Below, piece by piece: positions 1 through 13,945 of a stretch of DNA of 64,000 bases. Within the stretch, counting starts at the first letter, position 1; each line of letters opens with the position of its first letter. The translations under genes and the position numbers were made by a program. Below the pieces are notes generated by a model. That model saw nothing but the letters and a program-made list of their open reading frames with translations, ran no database searches and was not told the DNA's origin. Origin of the DNA: Octopus bimaculoides (Eukaryota). The stretch is taken from contig NC_068982.1 of the NCBI RefSeq assembly GCF_001194135.2, forward strand, positions 41,106,319-41,170,318, read 5' to 3'.

Positions 1-304
1 TTATCAACCCTGAAAAGATGAAAGATAAAGTCAACTTTGGTGGCGTTTGAACTCAGAACATAAGGATTCTGCCAGCTCACCACCTTCCTCATCGATATAA
101 TATTAGAGGTTATTATAATATAGCATAGCTGTTAATCTGTCTAAAACAATACTGTCATGCTCTGCCTGGCTATGCATACATGTTTTCATAGTTAAAATTA
201 CTTTTTAGTCCATATGGACAAAGATTATGAATTGGTCAATCCTCAGCAGAAGTATTAAGGCCACTCCCTCTGGTGAAGAGGATTAGACTGCAAGAGTCAT
301 GTAC

Positions 305-492
305 CAGCGCCACATTAAAATCACCCAGCATACACTGTTAAGTAGTTGGTGTTAGGAAGGGCATCTGGATGTAGAAACCAAGCCAGATCAGACTAGAACC
401 TGGTCTAGCTCTCCAGCTTGTCAGCTCTGGTCAAACCATCCAACCCATGCTATCATAGAAAATGGACATTAAAGGATGATGATTATGATGAT
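305..492 (+). mobile_element. RTE-type retroelement 3' end with (GAT)n tail
   Basis: ttaggaagggcatc...caacccatgct..catagaaaatggacattaaaggatgatgat. The same 3' end occurs at 42880-42934, 47755-47900 and 48670-48835. Confidence 0.75.
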
Positions 493-2274
493 AGGCAGCA
501 ACCAATCCTTTATAGCACCCTATGTTGCAGATTCCTTCTCTGTAATGATGGTGTAGTCCAAAAGATGGGTAACTACAAATACAACTCAAGACTTGTTAAA
601 ATGGTGTTGCTGTTTACCTCCAGATCAGCCCTGGTTGAGTAAATTTATAATCAAAAACATCCTATCGTTTTTCCTTTTTGACTCAATATATCAAGGACTA
701 CATTAATCCATTGGAACCTATTTTTTAAGATGGTAAGGTGTGATATGATATGAGGGAGATTTGGTTTGCCCTTTTTATTATTATTATTTTTTTTTTTTTG
801 TTATATAAGTAATTTCTTGGTTTCCTTATTTCTAAAAGTGATTTTGAAAAGTGTTGGAGTGATTTAGATTTAAGGTGTCAACTATATTCATTAATCAGGG
901 TCATAGTCTTCCTCCTCTCATGAGAAAGGTGATGTTTGAGGCTAGATATTGAAATGGTATCTCACACAAGAAGTGCTGAGCTCAGTTCTGCAAGCTAATA
1001 ATCCACATGTCAGTTTTATAGGACTGCCATTGCTTACAGTTGCAAATTATTCTTACCCTACAATTACTATTTTCAGCTAGGTGGGCTGGATTATTTACAA
1101 GTTAAAGTTAGTAACTATTACAAACTACTGAACTCCCATTACTCATCTATATTCTCATTAAGCAACAACTATAAAAATATTGACTAAAATATTAATGTAA
1201 CATAATCTTGCTGCCTCTCCGGTACATTAAAGTTCCATGACTGCATAATTCTGGGTTTTGTTATAAAAGACTTTCAAAGACTCTTTAAATTCTCATTGAC
1301 ATATATTGCTTTTTCTGTCTTTTGTTTTAAATTATTTGGTGTTTTTAGAATCAATTTATTCTTGTTACCAGATTGAAAGATACAGCTGTCACTATCAGAT
1401 AATTTCATTACATTTTATAATTTTGTTATTCTTGGTTACATTCTGTCAGCTGTTATTGAACAGTGCATTGGCATGGAAATAGTCAACGAATGCTTAGCAT
1501 GACCTACACACCAGACATCCTGTGGCTTTGTCTAACAGAAAACTGCACTGCACATGCTGAAATTGTCTGAGATATTGTCAATTGCTCAAGGATGAATGCA
1601 TTCCATGTACATGCTTGATATTTGTTTATATTTTGGGGTTCAAAAAGGTTCAACTAAAGCTAAATGGTTTTCATAGTCACAGTTTACTATCAGTAGTATT
1701 CCTTTCCTAAATAAACAATCCATTGGCACTATCTGATCTAATGACTTTTATGTCTCTTGTCCAGTTATTCTAACTATTCAGTACTTTCTCAGTATTTTCT
1801 TTTTGTCTTATATTATTGCCTGTACTATTGCTATTAGTTGTACATACACATTGGAAACTATCTGAGTCTATTTTTTCTGTCCGAAAGGGTTTTGCAACCT
1901 ACTATTTACTCGCCATTATTTATAACATTTATGCTTCAAGACCCAATTCCAAAATTGAATTATTTCATACATATATATATATATAACTTTCTCTAGTTAG
2001 TAAAATGGACAAAGCTTCTTCCAAGCTTCAACCAATACCTCCTAGAAAGGGTGTTGTATGGCTGTGCCATCAACTATGTAAATGTATATTTATAAGTTAA
2101 AAAGTATATAATAAAGAGGGTCAATTGCATTTTTGTACCTGACCCTCCGACCAATAACTGACGAGGATTTGGTGACCTTCTATGTCTGTTTTTTGTTTGT
2201 TTGTGCATTTATTGTATGTTTCTTAACTTATTGTTTAATGGAACGCCACATACTCGTATCTTGTTTACAGTAAG

Positions 2275-2309
<35 letters not shown>

Positions 2310-2316
<7 letters not shown>

Positions 2317-3010
2317 TCCATAAATGTGTCTGTATAAGAATTGAACATAAAATAGTAAGATCTGAGGACCCTAGTGATGTTTCACTTCAGCAAGAAGTAA
2401 TTCAAATAATAAAGCAGTGGTATAAATGTGATGGGGATACTCAGAGTTGGCTACAAATGTAATTGTGTCCGTACAGCTGATCGTACATGTTTGTATCTAT
2501 ATAGGATTTTCCATAATTGTATGTCTCCATGTAGAATTGACCATAAATGTATGCATCTATGTAGATGAAAGTGCATTGCTCAGTGGCTAGAGTGTTGTGA
2601 AGTGGTTTGCTCAACGACACATCACATCGCCCAATCCAGGAATTGAAACTACAATCATACGATCATGAGTCCAGCACTCTAACCACTAAACCAAACACCT
2701 CCAAATGTTTCTATATAGGGTTAACCAAAAATGTATGCTTCTCTGTAGGGTTACTATAAACGTTAGTGTCAATGTAGTGTTGAACATTAAAAAATGTTTT
2801 TATGTGTATATGTCTATATTGGATTGACCATGAATGTATGTATCTATGTAGGGTTAACTATAAATGTATGCATGTATGTAAGGACTGACTGTAAATATAC
2901 TATCTATATAGAGCATACTATCAATGTGTTTATTTAGTGGTGGCAAATGTTTATGTTGAGTTAACCACAAATGTGTTTATGTTCATGTAGTGTTGACCAT
3001 GGATGTGTTT
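2310..3010. repeat. Degenerate ~30-bp minisatellite (consensus ~GGGTTGACCATAAATGTATGTATCTATGTA) interrupted by a SINE
   Basis: Successive units at 2821-2850, 2851-2880 and 2881-2910, another at 2534-2563, and more decayed units either side. Confidence 0.7.
2564..2700 (-). mobile_element. tRNA-head SINE, family C, fragment
   Basis: The reverse complement has an A-box-like ggtttagtggttagagtg and a B-box-like gtttcaattcc, and resembles the copies at 48838 and 54003. Confidence 0.65.
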
Positions 3011-5163
3011 TATGTACAAGAATCTCTAAGACTAATTATTCTAAAAAGAGGGGTGTATTTATCCTTAACTCCAGTTAAGCCCCTGTAGACTAATAGCTTG
3101 TACATTTATTTCAATGTTTACAATCCATTTATTCATTAAAGAGCAGCACTCCAGTAGTCTTTGTTGTGAAGCTGACTGATGTATGAACATGTGAAAAGAG
3201 AGAGAGACCTTCTAAAACATAAAGGTATTTACATCAGAAGTGTGTATACCCTCAAAAGATGGTGGACATCAGTTAATAATGTTGAGTGTTCCCTGTTGGT
3301 TCAGTGCGTAAAAGTGAAGGGCACAGCATGTGAACAGTGGAATACTAAATTAAACGAGGAAGAACCTGACAGAGTTTGGGGGGGGGGACGGACCTAGAGT
3401 CTACATATTATTCTGGCTATGTATCTAGAAAGTTGAACAGGCAAAATTCCTGACTGTATTAAAGAAGTAGGATAAAAAGAGTGAAGTATTTAGGTTAACA
3501 ATAAGAATAAAGCAGAATGTCAAGTGTGCGTGTGTGTGTGTGTGTCTGTCTGTGTATGAGTGTGTATCAGTGTGGTGCAGAGGGTGGCTTTTAGTGACAA
3601 CTAGAAAAAAATATAAAGTTACATGAAAGTACTACTATTAACATATGTTAAGTAGCAAGATTTCTATTTCATGTTGTCTTCATTGAAAGACTAACCAGGC
3701 ATAAAAGAACATGAATGAAGGAAATTGGAAGAAGGTAATAAGTCATGGATGTAACCAATGTTAAATGCTTCCGCTTCATTATAGCAGAGTTAACCACATT
3801 TTAGTTAAGTATATGCTTATCCTATAACTAACACTATATCTCATGACTGATACTAGTAAAATGGCTACAGTTGTGTGAGTGATCTGTAGTCATTTTTAAA
3901 ATAGTCTACATTAAATATTACTGAAGTAATGCAAGCTAATAGTCTTGATCGGTAAAGTAATATGTGCAATATTTATATTTAAAATATATGAAGGAAATTA
4001 GTTGATTGTATTTTTTCCACCGCATTATAAATTCTTCTTGTCTAAGCTAGAACAGAAAATCTGCTTTCAAAACAGGTAACTAGGTGGAAAATGTAAAATT
4101 AGTTGTGGATTAATAATGTCCAATATAATCTATTAAAACATTGTTTTGTTTCCTCTATACAGGAACGCGATCAACTAGAAATCAAATAATGAGCACGTAT
4201 ATATAAATAGATTTTGCACCAGCTATTAATAGAACATATTCTAGTCAGTATTGAAATAGATTCAGAAAATTTTTGATTAGAAATCTGTGTAAATTGCCAG
4301 GAATTATTTAATCCTGGAAACTTCATAGAGCTCTAAAAGAAAGAATAAATGACTAATTTAAACTATTTTAAACTATTTCAAAGATACATCAACCAAAATT
4401 GACTAATTTATTCATGTTGTCATGGATATCTAAATGTATGCAATTTGTTATGAAATTTCTTTTGTTTTTATATTTATTAAAAATGACCAGATGTTATGTA
4501 AAATAATTAAGCTCCCATCTCAAAAGTCTTGAGTTTAAACTTGCTGCAGGTGCTTTACTGTGCATTTGAGAACAGATAGCAGATTGTTGAGGGGTGTTAC
4601 CCAAAATAGACCAGTGTTCTATCCTATCCTATTTATTTCTCCAGTTCATGCTAAGAAACTGCAGTTAAGCATCAATATGATAAAGGCCACTTTGGCTTAG
4701 TGGACTTGTACATTTTGTGTGTGTGATAGAACTCATTATACAGCATAACTAGTCTCTTAGTGTGCTACATTAAATTGATTGTCTTTCATTAATCATTAGC
4801 ATCATTTTATCACACAACATAATGACCAAGATGATACTTCTGTTACTAGATAAATTTGAGGTGAAAGCATGTTATCTAGATCTCTTGCTGACAGAAATTG
4901 CCAGTCAATAAGTATTAAGCAGATGGTATTCTGAGCTGGAACACTTCATACTTCTTATTGCATTTGCTAATAGAACTTTGTCATTTACTTGAATGAAGCA
5001 TTGCCATTTCAATATAGCAATAGGAAGGTAATTAAAACCACTTAATGTAAAATTGAAGAAGAAATAATTTATTCAATATTTCAGTTTTAATTGGCTCTAA
5101 TTGGGTACTAAAATGTTCGAAATGGAAAGCAAAACTGTGAACTAGAAGAAAATAATAATGGCA

Positions 5164-5261
5164 AGTGCAGAGATGTACAGTGCAGAGATGTACAGTGCAG
5201 AGATGTACAGTGCAGAGATGTACAGTGCAGAGATGTACAGTGCAGAGATGTACAGTGCAGA
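5164..5261. repeat. Perfect 15-bp minisatellite (TGCAGAGATGTACAG) x6 plus partial units
   Basis: Six identical units from 5166 to 5255, followed by TGCAGA. Confidence 0.97.
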
Positions 5262-8173
5262 ATGGATGTGTGAACTGTGATATTCAAATCATGAAATAAA
5301 CTATTAATTATCAAGGACCTCATAGTGATTATCAATCTGCATTTACAGATGTGTAATAAGAATCACTTCTGTTAATTCTTTAGTTACCACTGATTCTATC
5401 AAAGGCCTCTATATCATAAATTCTGTATTCTGGCTACTGCTGAGATACTTTTCCACTGACAAGGTTGTCATATTCTTATACAACTACTTATATAAAGCAT
5501 TTTATTCTTAATACAGTGCTCTACGTAACTTCTAAGGCATTTGTTGGCATTTCCAAATGGCCAGTTTAATCTGTGTAGATAGACCATTTGAGAGATGGGG
5601 TAACTTCTTAGTCTGAAATGAAAGGGTTGTATATTCAGCCTTTTTTTTTTCCACACAGCAGATCTAATCACATTATTTGCAGATTCACTTAAGTGAGAAA
5701 GCTCATAGCTGTTGTTCAAATGAAATATAATTATTTTATCCTATTTTTCATTCATTTTTTTTAACCATGTTCCAATAAAGGCTTCATGGTGTCCATTTTG
5801 TCTCATGATATAAAATTGCTTAATATTGATCATGTTTTCCACTTTATTACATTCATTTTCGATATGATTGATCTTGTTAGTATATAAGAATTTGGCACTG
5901 GTTGACAAGACTAATTTGAAACAAATTAACAAACCATTCTGTAGAAGTTGATGAATATGTTTGTTTGTTGTTTTCATTATTTTTAGTGGGGAAACAGGGG
6001 GTTACAAAAGGAATAACAATGATTTTGAAAATATTTCCTACTTGTTTTGTAAGAATATCTTAACATAAGAATATCATCATGCATATATATCTCTTAAAAA
6101 CTGGTGTTGTATTTATATTGTACCATTTTGCTCTGTAACTTATTTGTTAAATAAATAGGGGTTGAGGAAACAAATACCTCTGTGAAACAGCTCCTCACCA
6201 TCACTGTCAAAGTATATCCCAAAAATAGTTGCAGTAAACTAATTGTTTCTAATATAGACACAAAACCACCAATTTTTGAAGGTGGGGAGCTTAGTTTATT
6301 TCATCAGCCCCAAGTATTTGACTGGTACTTTACTTTATCAATCTTTGAGGGATGAAAAGCAAATTTAACCAGAAGAACAAACAAGGCATTTTGTCCAATG
6401 CTCCACTGATTCTGCCAGCTTACCACTCTCAAGTTACAGTAAAATAATAAAATATTTAATAAAAAAAGTGCAGTTGTAAAATCTACTGAATATTTTGCAC
6501 CCATGTATGTTCATATGAGATTACTAGCAGCCTAGATAGGTTCAAGCCCATCATAATCTCTCATGTTCATTGTAAAAACATAAATATTGTTTGCAATTTC
6601 AGATAACAATTGCTGAATATCTGACATAGAATATTTGTCATGCTTACAGCATGGACTATTATAGTGTCTAATGACACAGTCCCTTTTGCTGGAAGAGAAA
6701 TAATTTATTGGAGTTCTCTGAGAAATTATTAGGCTTCTATCTCACTACTTAAATTGGTACAGTTCTTGTTACTGGATGAGAGAAGTGGTCCAGCAGGATG
6801 TTTACAGCAAGTTGAGCTGGTGCAAATGTAAGCCAGAGAATAAAATTACACCCAGAGTGAAAGCATAACTGCTTACACATACTGAAAATTCTCTAGTTTA
6901 TGCAATCTAGTGATTCTGTTCTCAGTGCTATCAGCATGTCATGGAAAGATCTACAGAAAGAGTCTAAGAATCCTGGATATCATTTACTTGTTTCAGTCAT
7001 TAGACTGTGACCATGTTGGGGCACTATTGAACATGAACAGTTCAATACTTTATACAGTGGGCCTGACTTTTTTTAATCAGATCCACATTTGTTAGTTTTG
7101 ATTAGATGGTAAAATGTAAGCAGTCTGCTATTCTTGCTGAGAATGTTGGTTTTAATTTTTGACAGATCTCTTTTCTTGTATATCCATGTTTTCATCTTGT
7201 TAGAACCTATTTTTGACTTTTCAGTTTAAGATTAAGATGAAACCTAAATACTGAAAATAATCTCTTTTGCTCCAATTCTACTGTGTTAAATGATTTATTT
7301 AATGCTATTTCTGTATGTGGCTAATATCTTTGATAAATTATAAAGATTACATACTCTTTTTCTATTTCCTATCAAACCAAGATCTTGTACCTAAGAAAGA
7401 AATCTATGAAATAATATCTGAGATCCACCTCAATTTTTGCCAAGTTTCATATCATCTTTTAACATAATAGGATGTAATTTAAGTGAGACTTGGCTACTAT
7501 TTCTAGCAGGTTAGATGATTCAATACAAAGATTAGGGTAGTTTATGCTTTTTTTTTTTTTTTTTTTTTTCACTCTGAGTACATCACTCTTAATATACAGC
7601 TAATACAATAATGATTTATACAAGTTATATAAATGTGACTGTTATCTTCGTACTTTGGCTAATGAAGGTGAAATATCTATTATATCTGTATTAGTAATGA
7701 CAATGTACTGGTGACATTTCAATTATAAAAGAAATTATAGTCCTGCACAATGATGAAGAAATCAATGTTGAAATTATTTCTTAACATACATTTACCTAAA
7801 TTCAAGGACGTTGATTTGAAAGCCTATTAACAACACAGTCATGGCTTTCCATGATATAAGCTTCTTTATGTTGAGAAGAAACAACTTTATTTAGATATAA
7901 ATGCTTATCAGTAAATTTGAAAAGGAAAAAAATTAGGTTGGTTGGCTAAGTTGAAGTTCAAGATATTCTATTCTGGACAATCAAGTGAGAAATCAGTTAT
8001 TGAAGTGCTTACAAGGGTGGCAGTTGAATGAATTGCTTAATTCGTAATGAATTAATTAATAGTTAGAAAATTGATAGTCTATCAATAGATGTTTCGGTGT
8101 ACATTAATTGCTATTGTATTTATCCATTGCTTTTTTGATGTTCACAGTTGTTTTCATTCATTACTCCCTTCAG

Positions 8174-8404
8174 GAATTTATTCCGTCGCAGCAAGGACAC
8201 TACAAATATTGTTCCAGCCGAAAGTGAACCTGGCTGGAAATTGTTTGGACGGATTCCTCCAAAAGAGTCAACACCTAAAAATCCGTGGCAAATTTCGGAC
8301 GAGTACCATGCTAAACAGAAAGCCAGCCAAATGGTGGCGGCACGAGCCAGAAAGGACATTGAAGTAATGTCCACCACAGCATTAATCTTGGAAAACCGCC
8401 CTGG
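8174..8404 (+). CDS. TBC1D12/14: Internal coding exon (231 bp, phase 2 to 2) of a TBC1D12/TBC1D14-like Rab GTPase-activating protein gene, N-terminal to the TBC domain
   Basis: Acceptor tcccttcAG (8172-73) and donor GG|GTAAGT (8405). Translation (R)NLFRRSKDTTNIVPAESEPGWKLFGRIPPKES...IEVMSTTALILENRPG matches the family motifs GWKLFGK.P and LSTTALILEDRP as I recall them. CpG/GC content is raised over the flanks. Confidence 0.93.
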
Positions 8405-9252
8405 GTAAGTTTCTCTTCTTTTCATTTCGTATAATGTTATATTTATTGAAAGTTTACAAAATTTATGTGTAACACAATAATTGACTTTTCAAAAAAACAC
8501 AAACTTTTTATGTAGTTTTCTATTATAATAGTTTATAAAAATTATGAGTAATAGAATGATTGACTTTCATAAAAAATCTGTTTAGAATCGCACAAATTTT
8601 TTATGTGGTTATCTTTCATAATTAGTTAACTTTGGACAGTGGTGTTTAGTATAGATGGTAGTTAGTTGTTTAAAAATTAGTGTTTCTTATCTCTGAGTTT
8701 AAATCTCATTAAAAGCAGCTTTGCCGTTTATCTGTCCAGAATTAATAAAATGAATATTAGCAATAAACTGATTCACATGTATCTCTGAAATCTAAAAAAA
8801 ATCTTTTTCTCATTTAAAAAAAATTAAATATTATTGTTTGTTCACTTTATTCTTCATTAATCCAAAAGTTCTTTTCTTTCAATGTATAGTTTTTGCATTA
8901 ATGTTCTTTTTTATTAAGCAAAGCTAATGTGGATGTTTTTATATCCATATTTGTATATCGAAACCAAATTTACTTTCAGTTATAGAACTTCAGTATAATA
9001 TCTGTTAATATCAATACAAAAAGAATGCTATTGTATTTTACTGATTATTAATATTTGGATATTACTATGAGTTAAGCTGAAGAAACTATATAAAACTCCG
9101 TTAGAAAATAATTACCTGCCTTATTACAAAAATAGATAAAAAGAATGACGAAGTATTTTTGCATGGAATAACTTTTTCAAGTAGTCACAACCAAGATGGA
9201 TTTCACTATGCTGCACCGGGAATTTCTCTCCCCCATTGTCTTTGATAGGTCC

Positions 9253-9477
9253 TTAACCCTTTAGCATTCACATTATTCTGTCAAAAGTAATGCTTATTTA
9301 TTTACATTTTTAATTAATCATGCATTATTTCACAGCTTTGAGAGTTTGATGATGTAACTGTTTATTTTTAGAATGACACTGTTGGGTAGGTGTGACCGGT
9401 CAGATCTGGCCAGTTCAAACATAGAACAAATAGAATATTTTTACTAGATATGGTTAGTTTAAATATTAAAGCGTTAA
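9253..9477 (+). mobile_element. MITE family 1: TTAA-flanked, CCCTTTAGCATT-type TIRs (piggyBac-like)
   Basis: TTAA|CCCTTTAGCATT...AATATTAAAGCG|TTAA. The internal sequence is shared, inverted, with 55520-55747, 56427-56648 and 37783-38245. Confidence 0.75.
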
Positions 9478-11570
9478 TTTAATCTCTGCAAATAATTTCA
9501 ATGTAAATGGGTGGTCTTTGTCTCATATTAGGATGCATAAGTTTCCTAAATATAAAATCTGGTATGGTCTGGTGTTAAAGAGTAAAGGATAAAGACCCCC
9601 TTCAGTCATGAATAACCATGTCCTAGAACAGACATAAACTTCCTGTTGAAAAAGAGTTCATAACTCCAACTAAAAAGATTTGTCTCCCCTTACACACACT
9701 TCCTGTTTTGACACCACATTTCTTGCTTAACACAAACTTTTAGCCCTTTTTTTAAACCTAACACAACTCTCAATTCTCATGCATCCTTATTTTTCCAACC
9801 ATTATATACATGAATTACCATTGAACTTTAAAAGCTCAAAGACAACATAATGTATTGGTATATTTATTTTTTTATATATTATTTTCTTCATTTTGTACTT
9901 CTTTGTAAAAAANNNNNNNNNNNNNNNNNNNNNNNNNNNNNNNNNNNNNNNNNNNNNNNNNNNNNNNNNNNNNNNNNNNNNNNNNNNNNNNNNNNNNNNN
10001 NNNNNNNNNNNNNNNNNNNNNNNNNNNNNNNNNNNNNNNNNNNNNNNNNNNNNNNNNNNNNNNAAATATGCTTCCAGTTTAGCATTCTGCCTTATTATTA
10101 TTTTTCATTTTCCTATTATTTCTCCACGTGTGGTTAACACAACCCCACTATTTACTGACTTATATATATTTTTATATATATATGACGTTGGTATGTTTAC
10201 ATCCCCTTAACTTAGTGGTTCGGCAAAAGAGACTAATAGAATAAGTACTAGGTTTGCAAATAATAAATCCTGGGGTCGATTAGTTTGGCTAAAGGTGGTA
10301 CTCCAGCATGGCCACAGTCAAATGACTGAAACAAGTAAAAGAATATATATATATATATATATAAAACAAGCAAATAAGTAACAAGGATGTCAAGGTATTA
10401 ATGCAATACGGCTGTTTCAGGCGGCTCCATTTAATCAAGCAATGCAAACATTACATCAATTTGAAATATACTGCCATCTTCAGTTGCAAAAAATACAGAT
10501 TTTCAACAGACAGGATATTCTATTATAATTTTTAGCAAATATCTTGTCAGAGCTAGAGAATAAAAGAATTCCATACTGCTACTATTGCAGCAGAAATAAA
10601 TTTAGAGAGGAAACAATACAATTTTGGAGTGGCAGAAGTGGATCACATTGGCGGGGATCATGAGATTGTAATTCATTTCCAATTTTTATTTATTTCTTTA
10701 TTGTCATTAAGAGATCTAATGCAGCTAGTATACTGCGTTTATTAAGAATTAAGACCACTAGGAGTTGACAGTTCAGATCTAGCTGCTGGTCATAAATTAA
10801 ATATTGTTAGATATTCTCCCAAACCTTACACTCACCACATATTAGTTGAGTAAGTTTCTGCGGGTGCACAGAATCTTCAGGCAAGTTACAACTCTAACTT
10901 TATATATATAATATATATACATACATAGGTGAGTCTGAAAGAGTTCTGTCAGCAAATGCTACATTTAAAAAGCTTCAGATAATTCTTTCAATCCTGATAA
11001 AACTACTCAGTAATTTCATTTGCTTAGGAGGGACTTTCTACATGTTCATTCACTTTGCTAGAAATAGACACTGAATTTCTTTCAAACCACACCTACTATC
11101 TTAAAAAAGGAGGACATGTGAAATAATGTAGTCTTAGTTACCCCCCAAAAAGACAGCATGAACACAGCTGGATCGGGGTTAGCTTGGGTTAAACAATACC
11201 ATCCACAACTTACTAATTTTTTTTCATTCATTCATTGACTAGAAGCCAATAAAATTTATTAAAGCCAAACAGTTCCTAATATCTGATAGAAATGTTCTAT
11301 TTATTGATCAAGTGTAGTACTATAGTACACAAATACATAGCAAAAAGAAAACTAACAACATCTTCTCATAGGAAGGTATAAAATTTCTAATAGCATCAAA
11401 TTGAACATTGTACACTGACATTATTTTATGACTTGATAACACCTAAATTTTTTTATTTTTCTCCTACAGTTATCTCAAGGACTTTTGTTTTTAATTCATC
11501 GCATCTACTAATTGAGGTTATTTTGTTCTTGTCTCTTCATCTCTTACACAATCTCTATTTCACTCATCGC

Positions 11571-11603
<33 letters not shown>

Positions 11604-13544
11604 CTTCACACACACACACACACATGATTATAAATGCCATTCTTTCATACCTCGTCTGAAAAGAATTATTACATAATTTTTCCGTATTCATAATAGATAT
11701 TGGCTTTGAATTATATAACAAGTATATAAATAGCATAAATTGCTAATATTAAAGCACATTTTGTCATTTACAAAACAACGTTAGTGTATTGATCTTACAG
11801 TTTAAACCAATGTAGGTCATGGACTGAACTCTTAATATGGCTAGCATGTAGCCTTCAAACATGAAGGCCCATTTGAAAATATTAATCGCAGTCAGCACAT
11901 TGGCCATGGTGGGAGCAATACCTTGTGACCAGTTAATTCTTCAAAGATATAGCAAAAATATTAAGGAATTACAGCTGAAATTACAGGCTGTAATTCTTTC
12001 TTCAAACAGTAATATTAGCAGTAGTTATAGTTGATGTTTTTATGTTTGTTCAGTAATGTTTTAAAAGAATTAATCAAAATAATATTTTTTTTGTTAATAC
12101 CCATTCCTTTTCATTAAGTTCCCATAAATAATTTTAGAATGTAAATACAGAAAAATATTACTGCAAATAATTTTTTTCCTTCTGTTATTATTTTATTTAT
12201 TTTATTTTTTTAATAATTATACCATAATTTCACCTCTTTCAGTCGCATTTCCTTTCAGTTTTCAAGCAAGGTGGACTTTGCTTGAAATTCTAACTTCCTT
12301 TGTACACCTCTGAGAGTAATTATTATGATGGCTAATAATTGCTTATGATTATGATAGCAGTAATTGAGTTTTTCAAGAAAAATGACTGTAAAAGCAACTA
12401 ATATAATGAAGAAGACTCTATGTGCTCACTTGATTTTCTAGAAATAGCAGCTAAATCTGTGTCACACCTTGCTGTCTTAAAAATGGGAAGAAAGTACACA
12501 TTAGATAGTGCAATATTAGATGTGTGGTAGCAATCATTCTTCGGATCAAACCAGATTGCAACTTCCAACAGAAGTGTTACCATCTCCCAGTGATGAGGCA
12601 GGATTTGAACTCAGAATGTTCAGAGCCTGAACAAATATCACGAGGCACTCTGCTTGATGCTCTGACAATTCTACTAATCCCCCCACTCTTTACTGATTTT
12701 TTTTTTATATATATCAACCTTTAAAGAATAAATGGCAAAGTTGGGCTGATTTGAACTCACAGCATAGAGAATCAAAACAAATACCATAAAGTATTCTGAT
12801 AAACACTTTAACAGTTGTGCCAATTATCCACTTAGTTCTAAATAAACTATACCTAAAACAAACATACTGGTCAATCAAGGCTAACCTAAGGCTACACAAC
12901 ATCACCAACAAAGATTAGAAGTTATAAAGAATCAATACATGTATATCTATTATGCTTACCTGGCTGTCTGTCATAGAATGTATTCTCTTAACAATAGACA
13001 AACAAACACATATATCTTGATTTGTGTACATTGATGCCAATGCTGATGCAGATCTCTTAATTAAGCAGGAAGCTTTAAAGTTTTGAAGAGTAAATTGAAA
13101 TGTAAACATCCTAATCAGGTTTTGAAGCTAGGTCATGGATTGTATTTGTCAACAAGTGTAGCACACTCTTACTATTAATTACGTAATTATAAAGGCGGTA
13201 AGCTGGCAGAATTGTTAGCACACCAGACAAAACGCTTAGTGGTACTTCTTCCATCTTTACGTTCTGAGTTCAGATGTCACTGAGGTCGACTTTGCCTTTC
13301 ATGCTTTTGGGTTCAAGAATATAAGTACCAATTTAGCACTTGGGTTGATGTAATTGACAAGGCCCCTCTTCCAAAATTTCAGATCTTGTCCCTATAGTAG
13401 AAAGAATTAATCATGTAATTAAATCCAGAACTATTTTAGCAAGGTAATATCAGCCTGCAAGAAATTCACAATTCTGAATTTTTTTTTTTTATCCTTTCAA
13501 TAATAGTGCCTTATAATTGTGAATTATTTTGATTAGTCACTAAG

Positions 13545-13945
13545 ACAGTTGTTTCAGTCATTGGATTGCAGCCATACTGCGGCACCACCTTGAGAGTTTT
13601 AGTCAAATAAATTGCCCCCAGTACTTATTCTTTTAAGCCTGGAACTTATTTTATTGGTTTCTTTTTTGCTGAACTGCTAAGTTATGGGAACCATTAACAA
13701 ATCAACACTAGTTGTCAAGTGGTGGTCACACACACACACATACATACATACAATGCACATATACACATACATATATGTAAATTCACAACAGGCTTCTTTC
13801 AGTTTCCGTCTACCAAATCCACTCACAAAGCTTTGGTCAGCTCAGCACTATAGTAGAAGACACTTACGCAACATGCCATGCAGTGGGACCAAACCCAGGA
13901 CCAGTGGTTGGAAAGCAAACTTCTTACCACATAGCTACACCTGTG
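13545..13945 (-). mobile_element. SINE family A: tRNA-like head + internal (TG)n + Nin-like tail
   Basis: Head (reverse complement) ggtgtagctatgtggtaagaagtttgcttt..gggtttggtccc, then a CA tract, then the tail cagcatggccgcagtc..aatgactgaaac. About 20 full or partial copies occur in the window. Confidence 0.8.

Noticed and set aside
2117-2200. Small hairpin plus CTGACGAG (hammerhead-like start)
   Set aside because: No GAAA follows the putative stem II, so the core is incomplete.
3179-3397. 72-aa ORF faintly resembling RTE WYGHVKR
   Set aside because: The similarity is limited to a few residues, too little to call.
8089-8425. Overlapping ORFs 8089-8367 (+) and 8120-8425 (-)
   Set aside because: They are shadow frames of the real exon; only the 8148 frame has family motifs and matching splice sites.
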